Shown here: positions 10,507 through 20,761 of the stretch, piece after piece
Position numbering within the stretch: the stretch's first letter is position 1
Layout of the letters: the number at the start of each line of letters is the position of its first letter
Virus record (IMG/VR): IMGVR_UViG_2936514734_000001
Location: 32,001-96,000 of that record
DNA from: a virus
Lineage: Duplodnaviria > Caudoviricetes
Reading direction: 5' to 3' (one strand)
Length of the DNA stretch: 64,000 nt
Translations under genes and position numbers: made by a program
The notes under the pieces: generated by a model
Told to the model about the DNA's origin: nothing
The model's database searches: none
The model's input: only the letters and a program-made list of their open reading frames with translations

Positions 10507-13500
10507 ATGGAACAGGAATTAGAGTTTCCTCTAGCTTATTCCTCATTTATACGTAAAAAAGATGCTGCCTATGACGGAGACCCTAATGGGGATTATGTTA
10601 TGGCGGAAGATGTCAATGAACTGCAAGAGTCTCTTGAAAGACTAGAACAGGTTGTTGGTGTCGAAGAATTAGATAATCCAGTTTCAACTGAACTGAAGAA
10701 GAAAGTAGATAAGGATGCAATTAGTGATTTTGGTAGTCCCTTATTTATAAACTACAACGGTTCTTCTATTAACACATACGATACGATAGAAAAACGTATC
10801 AGTGCCTTCAGTTACATTCCTCATGTAATGATAAAGAAAGAAACATCCTCTACTTTTGATTATTTCATTCAAGAAGTAAAAAGAAGCGGGACATTGCTAT
10901 ACGGTATTATTAATTGTAGCGGAGCCACTGCTAATGCTATCGAAGCAGATATTGATTGGTTTAAATCAAAAGGCTTTTATGGAATTGTCTTTTCTAACTT
11001 CGGTTTTGAAAATGGATTAACAAGAAGTCTGCAAAATACTGTTTTACAATATGCCCACACTAAAGGTCTAGTGGCGATCATAACAGGCGAAATTGAAACA
11101 ACACTCTTCAATAAACCTCATGCAAAAAATCCTCTACAAGAAGACCTCCACACTGCAAAAGGCGATATTTATTTAGCCCAAGACATTTTTATTATAAACG
11201 GAGCTAAGAATGATCCTTCTGTTATTACAAACCAACTCATTAACCTAAATAAAGCTCAACAGGAAAAAGGTGTACAAGTATTTGTAGAAGATGTAGCGGA
11301 TATAAGTACAGATAATGGTCCAAATTATTTATATGGGAAACTCTTGTCTACCCTCTACAATTTAGACGGTTATAGCCTTGCACCTAAGAGTCGATATGCT
11401 TTAAACGAGAAAGTTGAAAAGTATATTCATGGTTTTGAATTAGGTCAATGGAAAACGGAAAGTCCAATATATGTAGAAGATACCACGTCTGTCTCTCGTA
11501 CATTCTCTAAAGGTAATATCGTATTCGATAAGGTCAAGAATGAATGCTTTGTAGAAGGAGTAGGTCTTGCACCGACTTTATATACTTGGCAAGATAAGCA
11601 GATTCCTGGAGCTGCAGTTGACTTAAAGACATCTGATTACGATGATGGTGTAGTAAATGCCATTGTAAAAGCCATTAACGAACACGATGAATTAATTCAC
11701 TACACAAAGATTGACGGACTGAACTCTGACGGTTCAACTCCTGATGTTATTAAAGACATTGTAATTAGAGCGATCAATAACTCTCCTGCAGCTGTCCTAA
11801 AAAATCCTCCTAATGGTTATGACGAAATAGCGGGCAATAATTTTATTCATGGTGGAGTTATTGACTGGATTGATGCAGGCTCAATTAAGACAGGTACACT
11901 AAATATCGATCATATCAAAGCAAACATTATCGAAGCTATTAATGCCTATATTGGTACTGCTCGTATTGATTCTGCTCGTATTGGTGAACTATCAGCAGAC
12001 CACATTGCTGCTAATGTAGTGGATGCAATTAATATCTATGCAACGAATGCAAGCATTGAACATGCAAAAATCAACAATGCTGTTATTGGTGAATTATCAG
12101 CAGAACATATACAAGCCTCTGTTGTAGAAGCTATTAATCTATATGCCGGAAACGCTACAATTGATTCTGCAAAAATAGGAATATTAGAAGCAGATAAAAT
12201 CACTACAAATGTTATTAAGGCGATTAACGCTTACGTTGGAAATGCAGTTATAGATTCTGCGAAGATTGGAACACTTGAAGCTAGTCATATCAAAGGCATG
12301 GTTATTGATGCGATTAACCTATATGCTGGTTCAGCTAAAATTGAATCCGCTCAAATTGGTGCATTAAAAGCTGAGAATATTGAAGCAGGACTTATTGAAG
12401 CTTTTAAAGTTTCTGCAACTAGTGGACAGTTTGATAATTTACAAGCGGCAGTTATAGATGCGATTAATGCGAGTGTACAGAACGCATTTATCAATGGAGC
12501 CCTTATTGAAAAAGGCTCGATAGGTAATGTTCAAATTGCTGAAGGTAGTATTACTGATGCTCAGATCGTAGACTTAACTGCTAACAAGATTAAGTCAGGT
12601 ACTATCGATACTGGACAAGTTACTCTTCAAGGTAAGAATGGGCATCTAAGAATTACAGGAAATAGATTGCAAGTTTTTGATGATCAAGAAGTTCCTGTAG
12701 AACGTGTAAGTATTGGTGACGTAGATGTAGATGGAAGTCTTTATGGACTTCGTGTACGTGGTGCTGATGGTAAAACTGTTCTCTATGATGAAAATGGAGT
12801 TTATTCAGAAGGTATCACAGATGGAGCAATTACTAATCCAAAGATTAAAGAAGGCGCAATCGATGGAGATAAACACATTGCTGCAAATACAATTTCTGCT
12901 GATAAGCTAGTAGCCGAAACAATAACTGCTAGAGAAATTAAAGCAAAAAGCATAACGGCTAATGAGATCATGGCAAATGCGATAACTGCATCTAGCGGTA
13001 TTATCGCAAAAGGTGCGATTGGAACAGCTGAGATTGCTGAAGCTTCAATTGTTGATGCCCACATTAAAGAATTAAATGCTACTAAAATTACTGCTGGTTC
13101 AATGCAGATGACTAGTCGAAACATGCTATCCAATGCTAGTTTCAAGAAAGGTTTTCTTGATTGGACGGTAGATCCTCGTTTTAATATTGCGGAAGTAAAT
13201 GAAATTAACAAATTAAACGGAAGCAATAGCATTCATATTGTAACCCTCAATTTAACTACTCAACCATACTACAGTGTTTACTCAAATTATTTTCCTGCTA
13301 GTGAAGAAGAGAGCTATTCTGCTTCTGTTTACGTAATGACAAAAGACCTCAGTTCTTATCAAGGAAAACAACCATCTGTACGTCTTGAATATTACAATGA
13401 TACAGATCGTTTGTCTTATAAGTACACGACAGCTGAACTTACTGGAACAGATACTTGGGTTCGAATCAGCGTAACAGACAAGGCTCCCGCTGGAACAACG

Positions 13501-14028
13501 AGAGTTCGATTCCGCCTATGTACGCCTCAAAATGGTGACACATATTATGCGAGACCAATGTTACAGAAAGGTACTATTGTGACAGAGTGGACTGGTGACG
13601 GTTCATTTATGTCTGAAGACGGTATCTATACTGGTGAATTAAACGCGGAGCAAATCGTTGCCGGAAAAATTAAAGCAGAATTAATTGAAGTTGGGGCTGA
13701 CACTAACTTCCAAGATGGATATAGTCCTGACGATCTTCGTGAGGAGATGGAAAATCGCATTCCATATCGAGTAGAAATTATCAGCACCAACGGATTGATG
13801 TTTAGACGTAACACTGTCAATACGACTTTAAAAGCAACAGTCTATAGAGGCCCTGACAATGTTACTGATCAAATCGATGCTAGCAACTTTGTCTGGAAAC
13901 GAGTTGGTGCAGATGGTGAAGATGATGCACTTTGGAATGAAGCACATAAAGGGATGAAATCGGTCACAATCACGAAAGATGATGTGTACCAAAGAGCTAC
14001 CTTTTTATGTGAAATATTGGATAGTTAA
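10507..14028 (+). CDS. tail fibre protein: GH-like N-terminal domain, ~30-aa repeats, CBM-like domain, C-terminal Ig-like domain
   Basis: AGGTGAG SD before ATG 10507; repeats AIN.Y.G.A.IDSA.IG.L.A.HI; RNMLSNASF...PMLQKG CBM-like module. Confidence 0.75.
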   Translation: MEQELEFPLAYSSFIRKKDAAYDGDPNGDYVMAEDVNELQESLERLEQVVGVEELDNPVSTELKKKVDKDAISDFGSPLFINYNGSSINTYDTIEKRISAFSYIPHVMIKKETSSTFDYFIQEVKRSGTLLYGIINCSGATANAIEADIDWFKSKGFYGIVFSNFGFENGLTRSLQNTVLQYAHTKGLVAIITGEIETTLFNKPHAKNPLQEDLHTAKGDIYLAQDIFIINGAKNDPSVITNQLINLNKAQQEKGVQVFVEDVADISTDNGPNYLYGKLLSTLYNLDGYSLAPKSRYALNEKVEKYIHGFELGQWKTESPIYVEDTTSVSRTFSKGNIVFDKVKNECFVEGVGLAPTLYTWQDKQIPGAAVDLKTSDYDDGVVNAIVKAINEHDELIHYTKIDGLNSDGSTPDVIKDIVIRAINNSPAAVLKNPPNGYDEIAGNNFIHGGVIDWIDAGSIKTGTLNIDHIKANIIEAINAYIGTARIDSARIGELSADHIAANVVDAINIYATNASIEHAKINNAVIGELSAEHIQASVVEAINLYAGNATIDSAKIGILEADKITTNVIKAINAYVGNAVIDSAKIGTLEASHIKGMVIDAINLYAGSAKIESAQIGALKAENIEAGLIEAFKVSATSGQFDNLQAAVIDAINASVQNAFINGALIEKGSIGNVQIAEGSITDAQIVDLTANKIKSGTIDTGQVTLQGKNGHLRITGNRLQVFDDQEVPVERVSIGDVDVDGSLYGLRVRGADGKTVLYDENGVYSEGITDGAITNPKIKEGAIDGDKHIAANTISADKLVAETITAREIKAKSITANEIMANAITASSGIIAKGAIGTAEIAEASIVDAHIKELNATKITAGSMQMTSRNMLSNASFKKGFLDWTVDPRFNIAEVNEINKLNGSNSIHIVTLNLTTQPYYSVYSNYFPASEEESYSASVYVMTKDLSSYQGKQPSVRLEYYNDTDRLSYKYTTAELTGTDTWVRISVTDKAPAGTTRVRFRLCTPQNGDTYYARPMLQKGTIVTEWTGDGSFMSEDGIYTGELNAEQIVAGKIKAELIEVGADTNFQDGYSPDDLREEMENRIPYRVEIISTNGLMFRRNTVNTTLKATVYRGPDNVTDQIDASNFVWKRVGADGEDDALWNEAHKGMKSVTITKDDVYQRATFLCEILDS

Positions 14029-14156
14029 ATATTGCACAGTTCAGTAGCAATTGCTTACTTTCTATGAGCCACCAAAAAAATAAGACAGAAGGGTGGAGGA
14101 CTATGAGAATCGGAGACTCATTACCTAGCATACTCAGTACAGACGGAGGTAATCAA

Positions 14157-15896
14157 ATGACAATTGCTACTGGACAAATTAGTATCGTAGACTTTAACGA
14201 TGCTCCCTCGTTAACCGCATTTGTTTCAACAACTTCCCCAAAAACACAAATTTGGGACCCAGCAACACAAAAATTCACACCAGACTGGACATCTTCTAGT
14301 CCTACTCTACAACCCTCACTTTTTGTATCCTCAGAAGGTACAACAGACCAAATTGCAACTGCAAAATCAGTTAAGTGGTTTGACTCAGCTGACCTCACTA
14401 CAGCTCTTGTGACTGGTGGAGCTTATACAGTCACTGGCTCTACATTAAAGGTTTCTCAAAACATTATGACTGGATCTATTTACGCTAAGACATTTATTTG
14501 TGAAATTATTTGGACAGACCCAGCTACACTTGTTGATTTAACAGTTCGTGCTGAATTCACATTTAACCGAGCGGACAATGGTAAAACTGGTCCAAGTGCT
14601 ATTTCAGCCGTATTAAGTAACGACTCTGACGTTATTCCAACGGATAGTGCTGGTAACAACGGAAACTTCACAGGTGCACTTTCTACAATGTATATCTATG
14701 AAGGTGCAACAGATGTAAGTTCTAGCTGGACAGTTACAGCGAATGCTGTTGATGTTACTGGTACACTATCAGGTAGAACATATACAGTAACTGGATTTGC
14801 ATCAGGTAAAGATACAGGCTATGTAGACCTTACAGCTTCAAGATCAGGCTACGCTTCTATTACAAGACGTTTTGCTTTAAGTAAAAGTAAACAAGGTACA
14901 GCGGGTACAACACCAACTCTTTACCGCTTAATTCCTAGCGTAAATGCAATTGCTAAAAACATCTCAGGGGTTTACAATCCAACAACTCTTACTTTGACAG
15001 CTAAATCGCAAACAGGTAACGGTGCTTATGGTGATTACTCAGGTAGATACCAAATCTGGGAAACTACTGATGGAACAAACTGGGGCACTGCTAAATATAC
15101 AAGTACTGCAAACGAGGCCTCAAAAACTTGGACGCCAACAGCAGGCATTAAAGCAATTAAAGCACAGCTTTATATTGCAGGTTCTACACCAAATGGAACA
15201 GGGTTCTTAGATGAACAAATTATCCCTGTAGTTTCTGACGGTGCCACTGGTGCGGCCGGTGCCGATGCAGTATTAGTATCCGCTTGGGCTCCATCAGGTA
15301 ACCTATTCAAGAATGACTTAAGTACATCCCTAACAGCTCAAGCTGATCTATACAAAGGTGCTACTGTTCAAACATCTGGTGTAACATACGAATGGTTTGT
15401 TCAAAAATCAGGAAATGCAGATGAAGGAGCAGGTGCAGGTTGGGATAAGCTAGATTCTACTAACCAAGCTTCATATGGTGTAACAGGTGCTGTTAATACT
15501 TCTACTATTACAGTTACAGCTGCAGGTATCGTTAACTTAGCTGCTTTTAAAGTTAAAGCAACGTATGGCGGTAAAGCATACTATGACACTATTATTTTCT
15601 ATGACCAAACTGATCCAATCATGGTTGTAGTTGAAAGTAGTAACGGAAATATCTTTAAAAATGGACAAATTTCTTCTCAATTACTTTGCCGCTTATATCA
15701 AAATGGTGAAGAAATTGATCCGAAACAATCAACTGCTACGACAGGCTATAAGTATACATATACTTGGACAAAGCTTGGGCGTGACGGAAACCAAGATATG
15801 ACGTTCGGTGGTTCTGGTACTAAAAAAGGAAAATGGATTGATATTACTGATGCAGATATCTATCAAAAAGCCGTATTTAAAGTTGAAATTACTTAA
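14157..15896 (+). CDS. tail fibre-associated Ig-like repeat protein
   Basis: GGAGGT SD before ATG 14157 (MTIATGQISIVDFND); Thr/Gly-rich Ig-like repeats with short GxxG linkers. Confidence 0.7.
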   Translation: MTIATGQISIVDFNDAPSLTAFVSTTSPKTQIWDPATQKFTPDWTSSSPTLQPSLFVSSEGTTDQIATAKSVKWFDSADLTTALVTGGAYTVTGSTLKVSQNIMTGSIYAKTFICEIIWTDPATLVDLTVRAEFTFNRADNGKTGPSAISAVLSNDSDVIPTDSAGNNGNFTGALSTMYIYEGATDVSSSWTVTANAVDVTGTLSGRTYTVTGFASGKDTGYVDLTASRSGYASITRRFALSKSKQGTAGTTPTLYRLIPSVNAIAKNISGVYNPTTLTLTAKSQTGNGAYGDYSGRYQIWETTDGTNWGTAKYTSTANEASKTWTPTAGIKAIKAQLYIAGSTPNGTGFLDEQIIPVVSDGATGAAGADAVLVSAWAPSGNLFKNDLSTSLTAQADLYKGATVQTSGVTYEWFVQKSGNADEGAGAGWDKLDSTNQASYGVTGAVNTSTITVTAAGIVNLAAFKVKATYGGKAYYDTIIFYDQTDPIMVVVESSNGNIFKNGQISSQLLCRLYQNGEEIDPKQSTATTGYKYTYTWTKLGRDGNQDMTFGGSGTKKGKWIDITDADIYQKAVFKVEIT

Positions 15897-15978
15897 TTAA
15901 AGGGTTTCTATATAAGCAAAGCATAACTCCACTATCAATTTAGTGGAGTTTGTTTATTATTGAAAAGGGTGTGAAACT

Positions 15979-18900
15979 ATGCCTCTAGCAAATGGACAAA
16001 TAACCATTGTCGATTTAAATGATGCAATATTGTCAGGTACTGCACCTGCTAACCCCGTAGAAGGAACTCTATGGATAGACACAAGTGTTGATCCAAATAA
16101 ATTATATAGCTGGAACGGCTCTAACTGGATTGAACAGACACTTTCAGTCTCAGCTCTTGATCCGGATTTCGATCAACAGGTACAAGACTTAAAAGACTTT
16201 GCAAAGAATGCAGCAGACGATGGGATGCTTTCTTCTGGTGAAAAACTAAATATCAAACTTTTATTAGTAGAGATCACAGGTGAAACTATTTTTGATTCTA
16301 CTTTACCAACCTTAACCGAAATAGATGCTTCTAAGGCAGGGCAGGTATACATGATTAGAGCTGAAGCAAAGGCAGCGGGTATTCCTACTAATCAATCAGA
16401 CTATACTGCTTTTGAGACTGCTTATGCCGATTTAAAGGTATATTTAGAATCTTTAACACCTAGACCGTGGGATAAAGGAAACACTGTTATTGACCCTGTA
16501 GATTGGGCAAATGCTTGGGACTCGTATTATGACAAGCTAACAAAGCTCCAAGTTACTACCTCTACCTACCTTGCAAACAGTGTAAAACCTGGAGAAGATT
16601 ATAACGGTGTAAAAATGACTAAAGAACAAGGGGTTGTAGTTTTAAGAGGTGACAATTTATTTAGAACTACTCTTAATGCAACTCAAGGTTTAGCTATTGA
16701 AAAAAACAATTCAGGTACATGGGTTAAAGTTTTCTATACAAACACAGACGGTAAGATGTATGCAACTAGTTTAGTAATTGACTCAACCTCAACTATTGCT
16801 GGTACAACTGCAAGTACAGTTAGAGATAATGCGGCTAATGGTTTAGCAAATGCTAATACAGCGAATGATAAAATATCTTTAAATACAGATACAAATAACT
16901 ACAACCCAAATCCTTCATTTGAGGGTAAGAAGAACACGTATTACACAGCATGTACTGCTTTTGCAGCCAGCGATTCAGGTGTTCCAGCAGGCGCACCTAA
17001 GCCGTATGTAGGTCGTCAAACTGGACGTGATAATTACATTAGTGACTTCTTCTCTGTTAAAGCAGGTGAGAAGTTTATTGTAGAAGGTTGGATTGCAAGT
17101 ACTGATAGTGCGTACAATTTTGGTTTAGGTTTAAATGCACAAGATAATGTAGGAACTAATACATGGCTTGTAAGTAACCATAAACCCAAAGGAGATGGAA
17201 CGTGGCAATATTTCAGTAACACGTATACAATCCCTTCAACCGCTACTAAAGCACGATTCTTTTCTCAAATTAATGCAACTTCTAGTTTTGGTAACTGGTT
17301 CTTTACTGATGTAAGAATTACAAAAGTAATTGTAGATGATGTAATTTCAAGTGCTTCAACATGGAATACAGCAAAAGATAACGTCAATGACATGCTGAGC
17401 GATCTAAAAGTGACACCTCTCGAAAAGAGTCAATTGAGTCGAGATTGGGAAGCAATAAAAGCTGAGTATACTTCATTGATAGGATTAGCTAATTCCGTGT
17501 CATCCACTTTATCAACCCCTATTTCTTCTTCTGCTTACACTAATGCCTATAACAATCTTAATGGGTCATCTCCAAAGATTCAGTCTGAAATCCTAGCAAA
17601 TATGAATACCACTTATACGTTTGCTTCTACAAGTGCTAGAGATACTTTCAAAACTCAAATGAATACGTATTTCTCTGAATCCGAAAAGCTAAAAACAACG
17701 ATAAACGACAAGATTAACGGTACAGCTAAAGGTGCAAGTGATAAGATTGATAACCTTAAAGTTGGTGGTAGTAATATTATGCCTAACTCTTCTGGTGAGA
17801 TTGATAGCGATGGAGATGGTATACCTGATAACTGGTCCATCTTTCAACAAGCAAGCAATTTAACTAGGGACGTTGGAAGGCTAAGCGGTTACTCTCTTAA
17901 GGCAACAGCTAATGCTAACCCGGGATCTGCAATTAGAAGTCCTTCAACCAGTATCAGAGGTGGAGAAACATATACTGTTTCTTTATGGATGAAGCGAAGC
18001 AATGATGGTGATTTATCTAATTTAATTAAATTTCGAAATGCTTCTGGCACTGAGTCTAATCCATTCCCAGCACCTACTGTTCAAGCAACAGCAGGAACAT
18101 GGACATTTATATCTCAAACAGTAACTGCTCCAAGTGATGCCGTGCTTATGTATCAAACACCACGAATGAACACATCACCAGATGGTACTAACTTTTGGGT
18201 AGATGATGTTCAAGTTGAAGTAGGTAATGTCGCTACAGATTGGAGTGCGGCTCAAGCTGACATAGATTACTTTATTAGTAGTGTACAATCAGCTGCAGAT
18301 AGCGCACAGAATACTGCGAACACTGCGATTAAACAAGGATATGTTGTAACGAACCCTATCTTTTCAGATTGGAAAGGAACATTCCCAAATTATTTTTCCG
18401 CTTGGTCCAATTCTACTGTTGCTAAAGAAACATCTCTAACACGAACGGGATCAGCAATGCGTTTCAATGTAGCGGCAGATACGAGCCAAGTTGGGGCACA
18501 AATTACAAGTGGGTTCTTCATTCCGAAGCTACCAAATAATAAATATTACGCCATGGAACTAGACTTTATGTTAGTTAGCGGATCTATTACAGGGGCCGCT
18601 GTTCTACTTGATTGGAATGGAATGAATCCATATCGAGCTACAGTGAATTTATCCGAGTATATCTCAAACCCTTCATTAAACACATGGTATACAGTAAGGG
18701 CTATAGTAAAAAGACCTACTGATACTCTCACTGGATATACAGCTATGTCTGGTTATTTAATGGCTAACTACTCCGGATCAACAACCAATAAAGCAAAGAA
18801 CATAATTTATGACCGATTAGTTTTCAGAGAACCTACTTCTGAAGAAATAGCTGCATACGAAGTAACTCAGATTGTGAACGGTCGAGTGGAAGTAGATGGT

Positions 18901-20736
18901 GGTAGACTAACAGCCAATTCTGTTAAAGCTGAATCTATTGATGCAAAAAGGTTAAGTGTGAAAGATAACAATGGAACACAAACCTTTTTAATCGATAATA
19001 ATGGACAAGTAACAGTTAACGGCAAAGTGTATATTAACAGTAATTCAATCTTTGCTGAGGGCTACGATCCTTCAATTACTCCGGGTGGGCGTAACGTTCT
19101 ATTAAATTCTCGATTCTCTACAGCAGACTTTACAGGATGGACACCATGGAACAGCCCTGCCACAAAAGAAGTAATTGATATTACAGACTTGCCAGGTTTT
19201 GATAAAGCAGTTAAGTTTGTGCTAACTGATAAAAACCAAGGTTTACTTCAAAACGTATCCGTTATAAAAGGTAATAAATATACTATCTCAGCTTATGTAA
19301 AGGCAGATAGTGGACAGCCTGTTCTACAGGTTTTTGATGGTTCTGCTTGGCCTAATGTTGCTATGTCTACGTCTGATGTCGGAACAGGGAATTGGGTGAG
19401 ACTATCCAAAGTCTTCGTTGCAAACGCAACAACTGTTCAGGCACAAATCGGTCGAGGCGGTGGCGGAGCCAACGGAACATGCTACTTCACCGGGGTTAAG
19501 ATTGAAGAAGGGGATAAAACAACTGGTTGGTCTGCATCTCCTGAAGATATTGATAAATTATTTGATGCAGTGGTTTCACCTGATGGGACAATTAAAGCTC
19601 GTGATATTGCTTCTTCATTAGCCGTTACACCTGAAGCAATTCAATTTATCAGTCAAGCAATTGACTTAAAGGGTAAAGTAACATTTAGTGATTTAGCTCA
19701 AGGATGGGCTTATGACGAAAATGGTAATAAGATTAATAACTCTGACCAGCCTGACTATGATCCCGCTAATCCTCTTTACCTCACAACAGATGGATATTAT
19801 CGCCCGCTTTCAGATGAAAACCTATTCCTTTCTAGTGTATTCACAACTGACGATGCAGGTAAAACTGTTATCGATGGTAACTTCATTAAGACAGGTACAA
19901 TCCAAGCAAAATATGCAGACTTCATGGATTTACAAGTGTTTAATGCTAATGGAGAGTTATCGTTATGGATTGATACTAATGGAAACCTTTCAACGGTTGG
20001 TACTTCTAAATCAGCAGGATATGAAGCAGGAAAGAAAGGATGGAAGATCGATGCTAACGGAGAAGCAGAATTTAACTCTGCATTATTCCGTGGAGATATT
20101 GAGTTAGGCTATTATGATGCAGCTACAGATACTTTTAAAGTGTCTGGTGGAGTACAAAGTGGTCAAGATGCATCTGGAAGAGCTCTTCGCTTCTGGGCAG
20201 GAGATAGTATAGACAATGCACCTTTCAAAGTGTTTTCTGATGGTAGCCTCTATGCAACAGAAGGTACTTTTACAGGAACCTTCTCAGGGGTTGTTCAAGT
20301 TGGTAACGTTACAATCCAAGATAACCCTAATGTAGCAGGCGATGCTTCAATCACTATCACAGACAATGCTCTTATTGAAAAGGTTGTACTATCTGAATCA
20401 CAAGTTTCAATTAATACAAACACTACGTTTGGTAATTTCATGAACATAGACATCGATAAACAAAAGTTGTTATTTGGTGATTCAAGTTTTCAACTAGATT
20501 ATCAAAATAATTTAATTCAAATGAATCAATACACAATTCAAGGTACTTCAAGTTTGAACTTTATCTCAGATGGTTCGACTGGTAATGACTTCGTATTTAA
20601 AAGTACACAAGGAGATACAACAGTTTACGCTGAAGGTTCATTTAGTGTACGTGATGATATTTCATTTCTAAATACGATGGTTATGAGAAAAGCATCTGAT
20701 TCAGGTAACAAAGGAATTGACTTTGTGTTGATTTAA
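15979..20736 (+). CDS. large tail fibre/receptor-binding protein with four CBM-like domains
   Basis: GTAPANPVEGTLWIDTS motif; two helical D..(L/V)(S/T)..EK repeats; four CBM-type starts (NPNPSFE, NIMPNSSGE, TNPIFSDW, NVLLNSRF); GWKIDANGEAEFN tail-tip motif. Confidence 0.8.
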   Translation: MPLANGQITIVDLNDAILSGTAPANPVEGTLWIDTSVDPNKLYSWNGSNWIEQTLSVSALDPDFDQQVQDLKDFAKNAADDGMLSSGEKLNIKLLLVEITGETIFDSTLPTLTEIDASKAGQVYMIRAEAKAAGIPTNQSDYTAFETAYADLKVYLESLTPRPWDKGNTVIDPVDWANAWDSYYDKLTKLQVTTSTYLANSVKPGEDYNGVKMTKEQGVVVLRGDNLFRTTLNATQGLAIEKNNSGTWVKVFYTNTDGKMYATSLVIDSTSTIAGTTASTVRDNAANGLANANTANDKISLNTDTNNYNPNPSFEGKKNTYYTACTAFAASDSGVPAGAPKPYVGRQTGRDNYISDFFSVKAGEKFIVEGWIASTDSAYNFGLGLNAQDNVGTNTWLVSNHKPKGDGTWQYFSNTYTIPSTATKARFFSQINATSSFGNWFFTDVRITKVIVDDVISSASTWNTAKDNVNDMLSDLKVTPLEKSQLSRDWEAIKAEYTSLIGLANSVSSTLSTPISSSAYTNAYNNLNGSSPKIQSEILANMNTTYTFASTSARDTFKTQMNTYFSESEKLKTTINDKINGTAKGASDKIDNLKVGGSNIMPNSSGEIDSDGDGIPDNWSIFQQASNLTRDVGRLSGYSLKATANANPGSAIRSPSTSIRGGETYTVSLWMKRSNDGDLSNLIKFRNASGTESNPFPAPTVQATAGTWTFISQTVTAPSDAVLMYQTPRMNTSPDGTNFWVDDVQVEVGNVATDWSAAQADIDYFISSVQSAADSAQNTANTAIKQGYVVTNPIFSDWKGTFPNYFSAWSNSTVAKETSLTRTGSAMRFNVAADTSQVGAQITSGFFIPKLPNNKYYAMELDFMLVSGSITGAAVLLDWNGMNPYRATVNLSEYISNPSLNTWYTVRAIVKRPTDTLTGYTAMSGYLMANYSGSTTNKAKNIIYDRLVFREPTSEEIAAYEVTQIVNGRVEVDGGRLTANSVKAESIDAKRLSVKDNNGTQTFLIDNNGQVTVNGKVYINSNSIFAEGYDPSITPGGRNVLLNSRFSTADFTGWTPWNSPATKEVIDITDLPGFDKAVKFVLTDKNQGLLQNVSVIKGNKYTISAYVKADSGQPVLQVFDGSAWPNVAMSTSDVGTGNWVRLSKVFVANATTVQAQIGRGGGGANGTCYFTGVKIEEGDKTTGWSASPEDIDKLFDAVVSPDGTIKARDIASSLAVTPEAIQFISQAIDLKGKVTFSDLAQGWAYDENGNKINNSDQPDYDPANPLYLTTDGYYRPLSDENLFLSSVFTTDDAGKTVIDGNFIKTGTIQAKYADFMDLQVFNANGELSLWIDTNGNLSTVGTSKSAGYEAGKKGWKIDANGEAEFNSALFRGDIELGYYDAATDTFKVSGGVQSGQDASGRALRFWAGDSIDNAPFKVFSDGSLYATEGTFTGTFSGVVQVGNVTIQDNPNVAGDASITITDNALIEKVVLSESQVSINTNTTFGNFMNIDIDKQKLLFGDSSFQLDYQNNLIQMNQYTIQGTSSLNFISDGSTGNDFVFKSTQGDTTVYAEGSFSVRDDISFLNTMVMRKASDSGNKGIDFVLI

Positions 20737-20761
20737 GAAGTAATAAGGAAAGGGGAATAAT

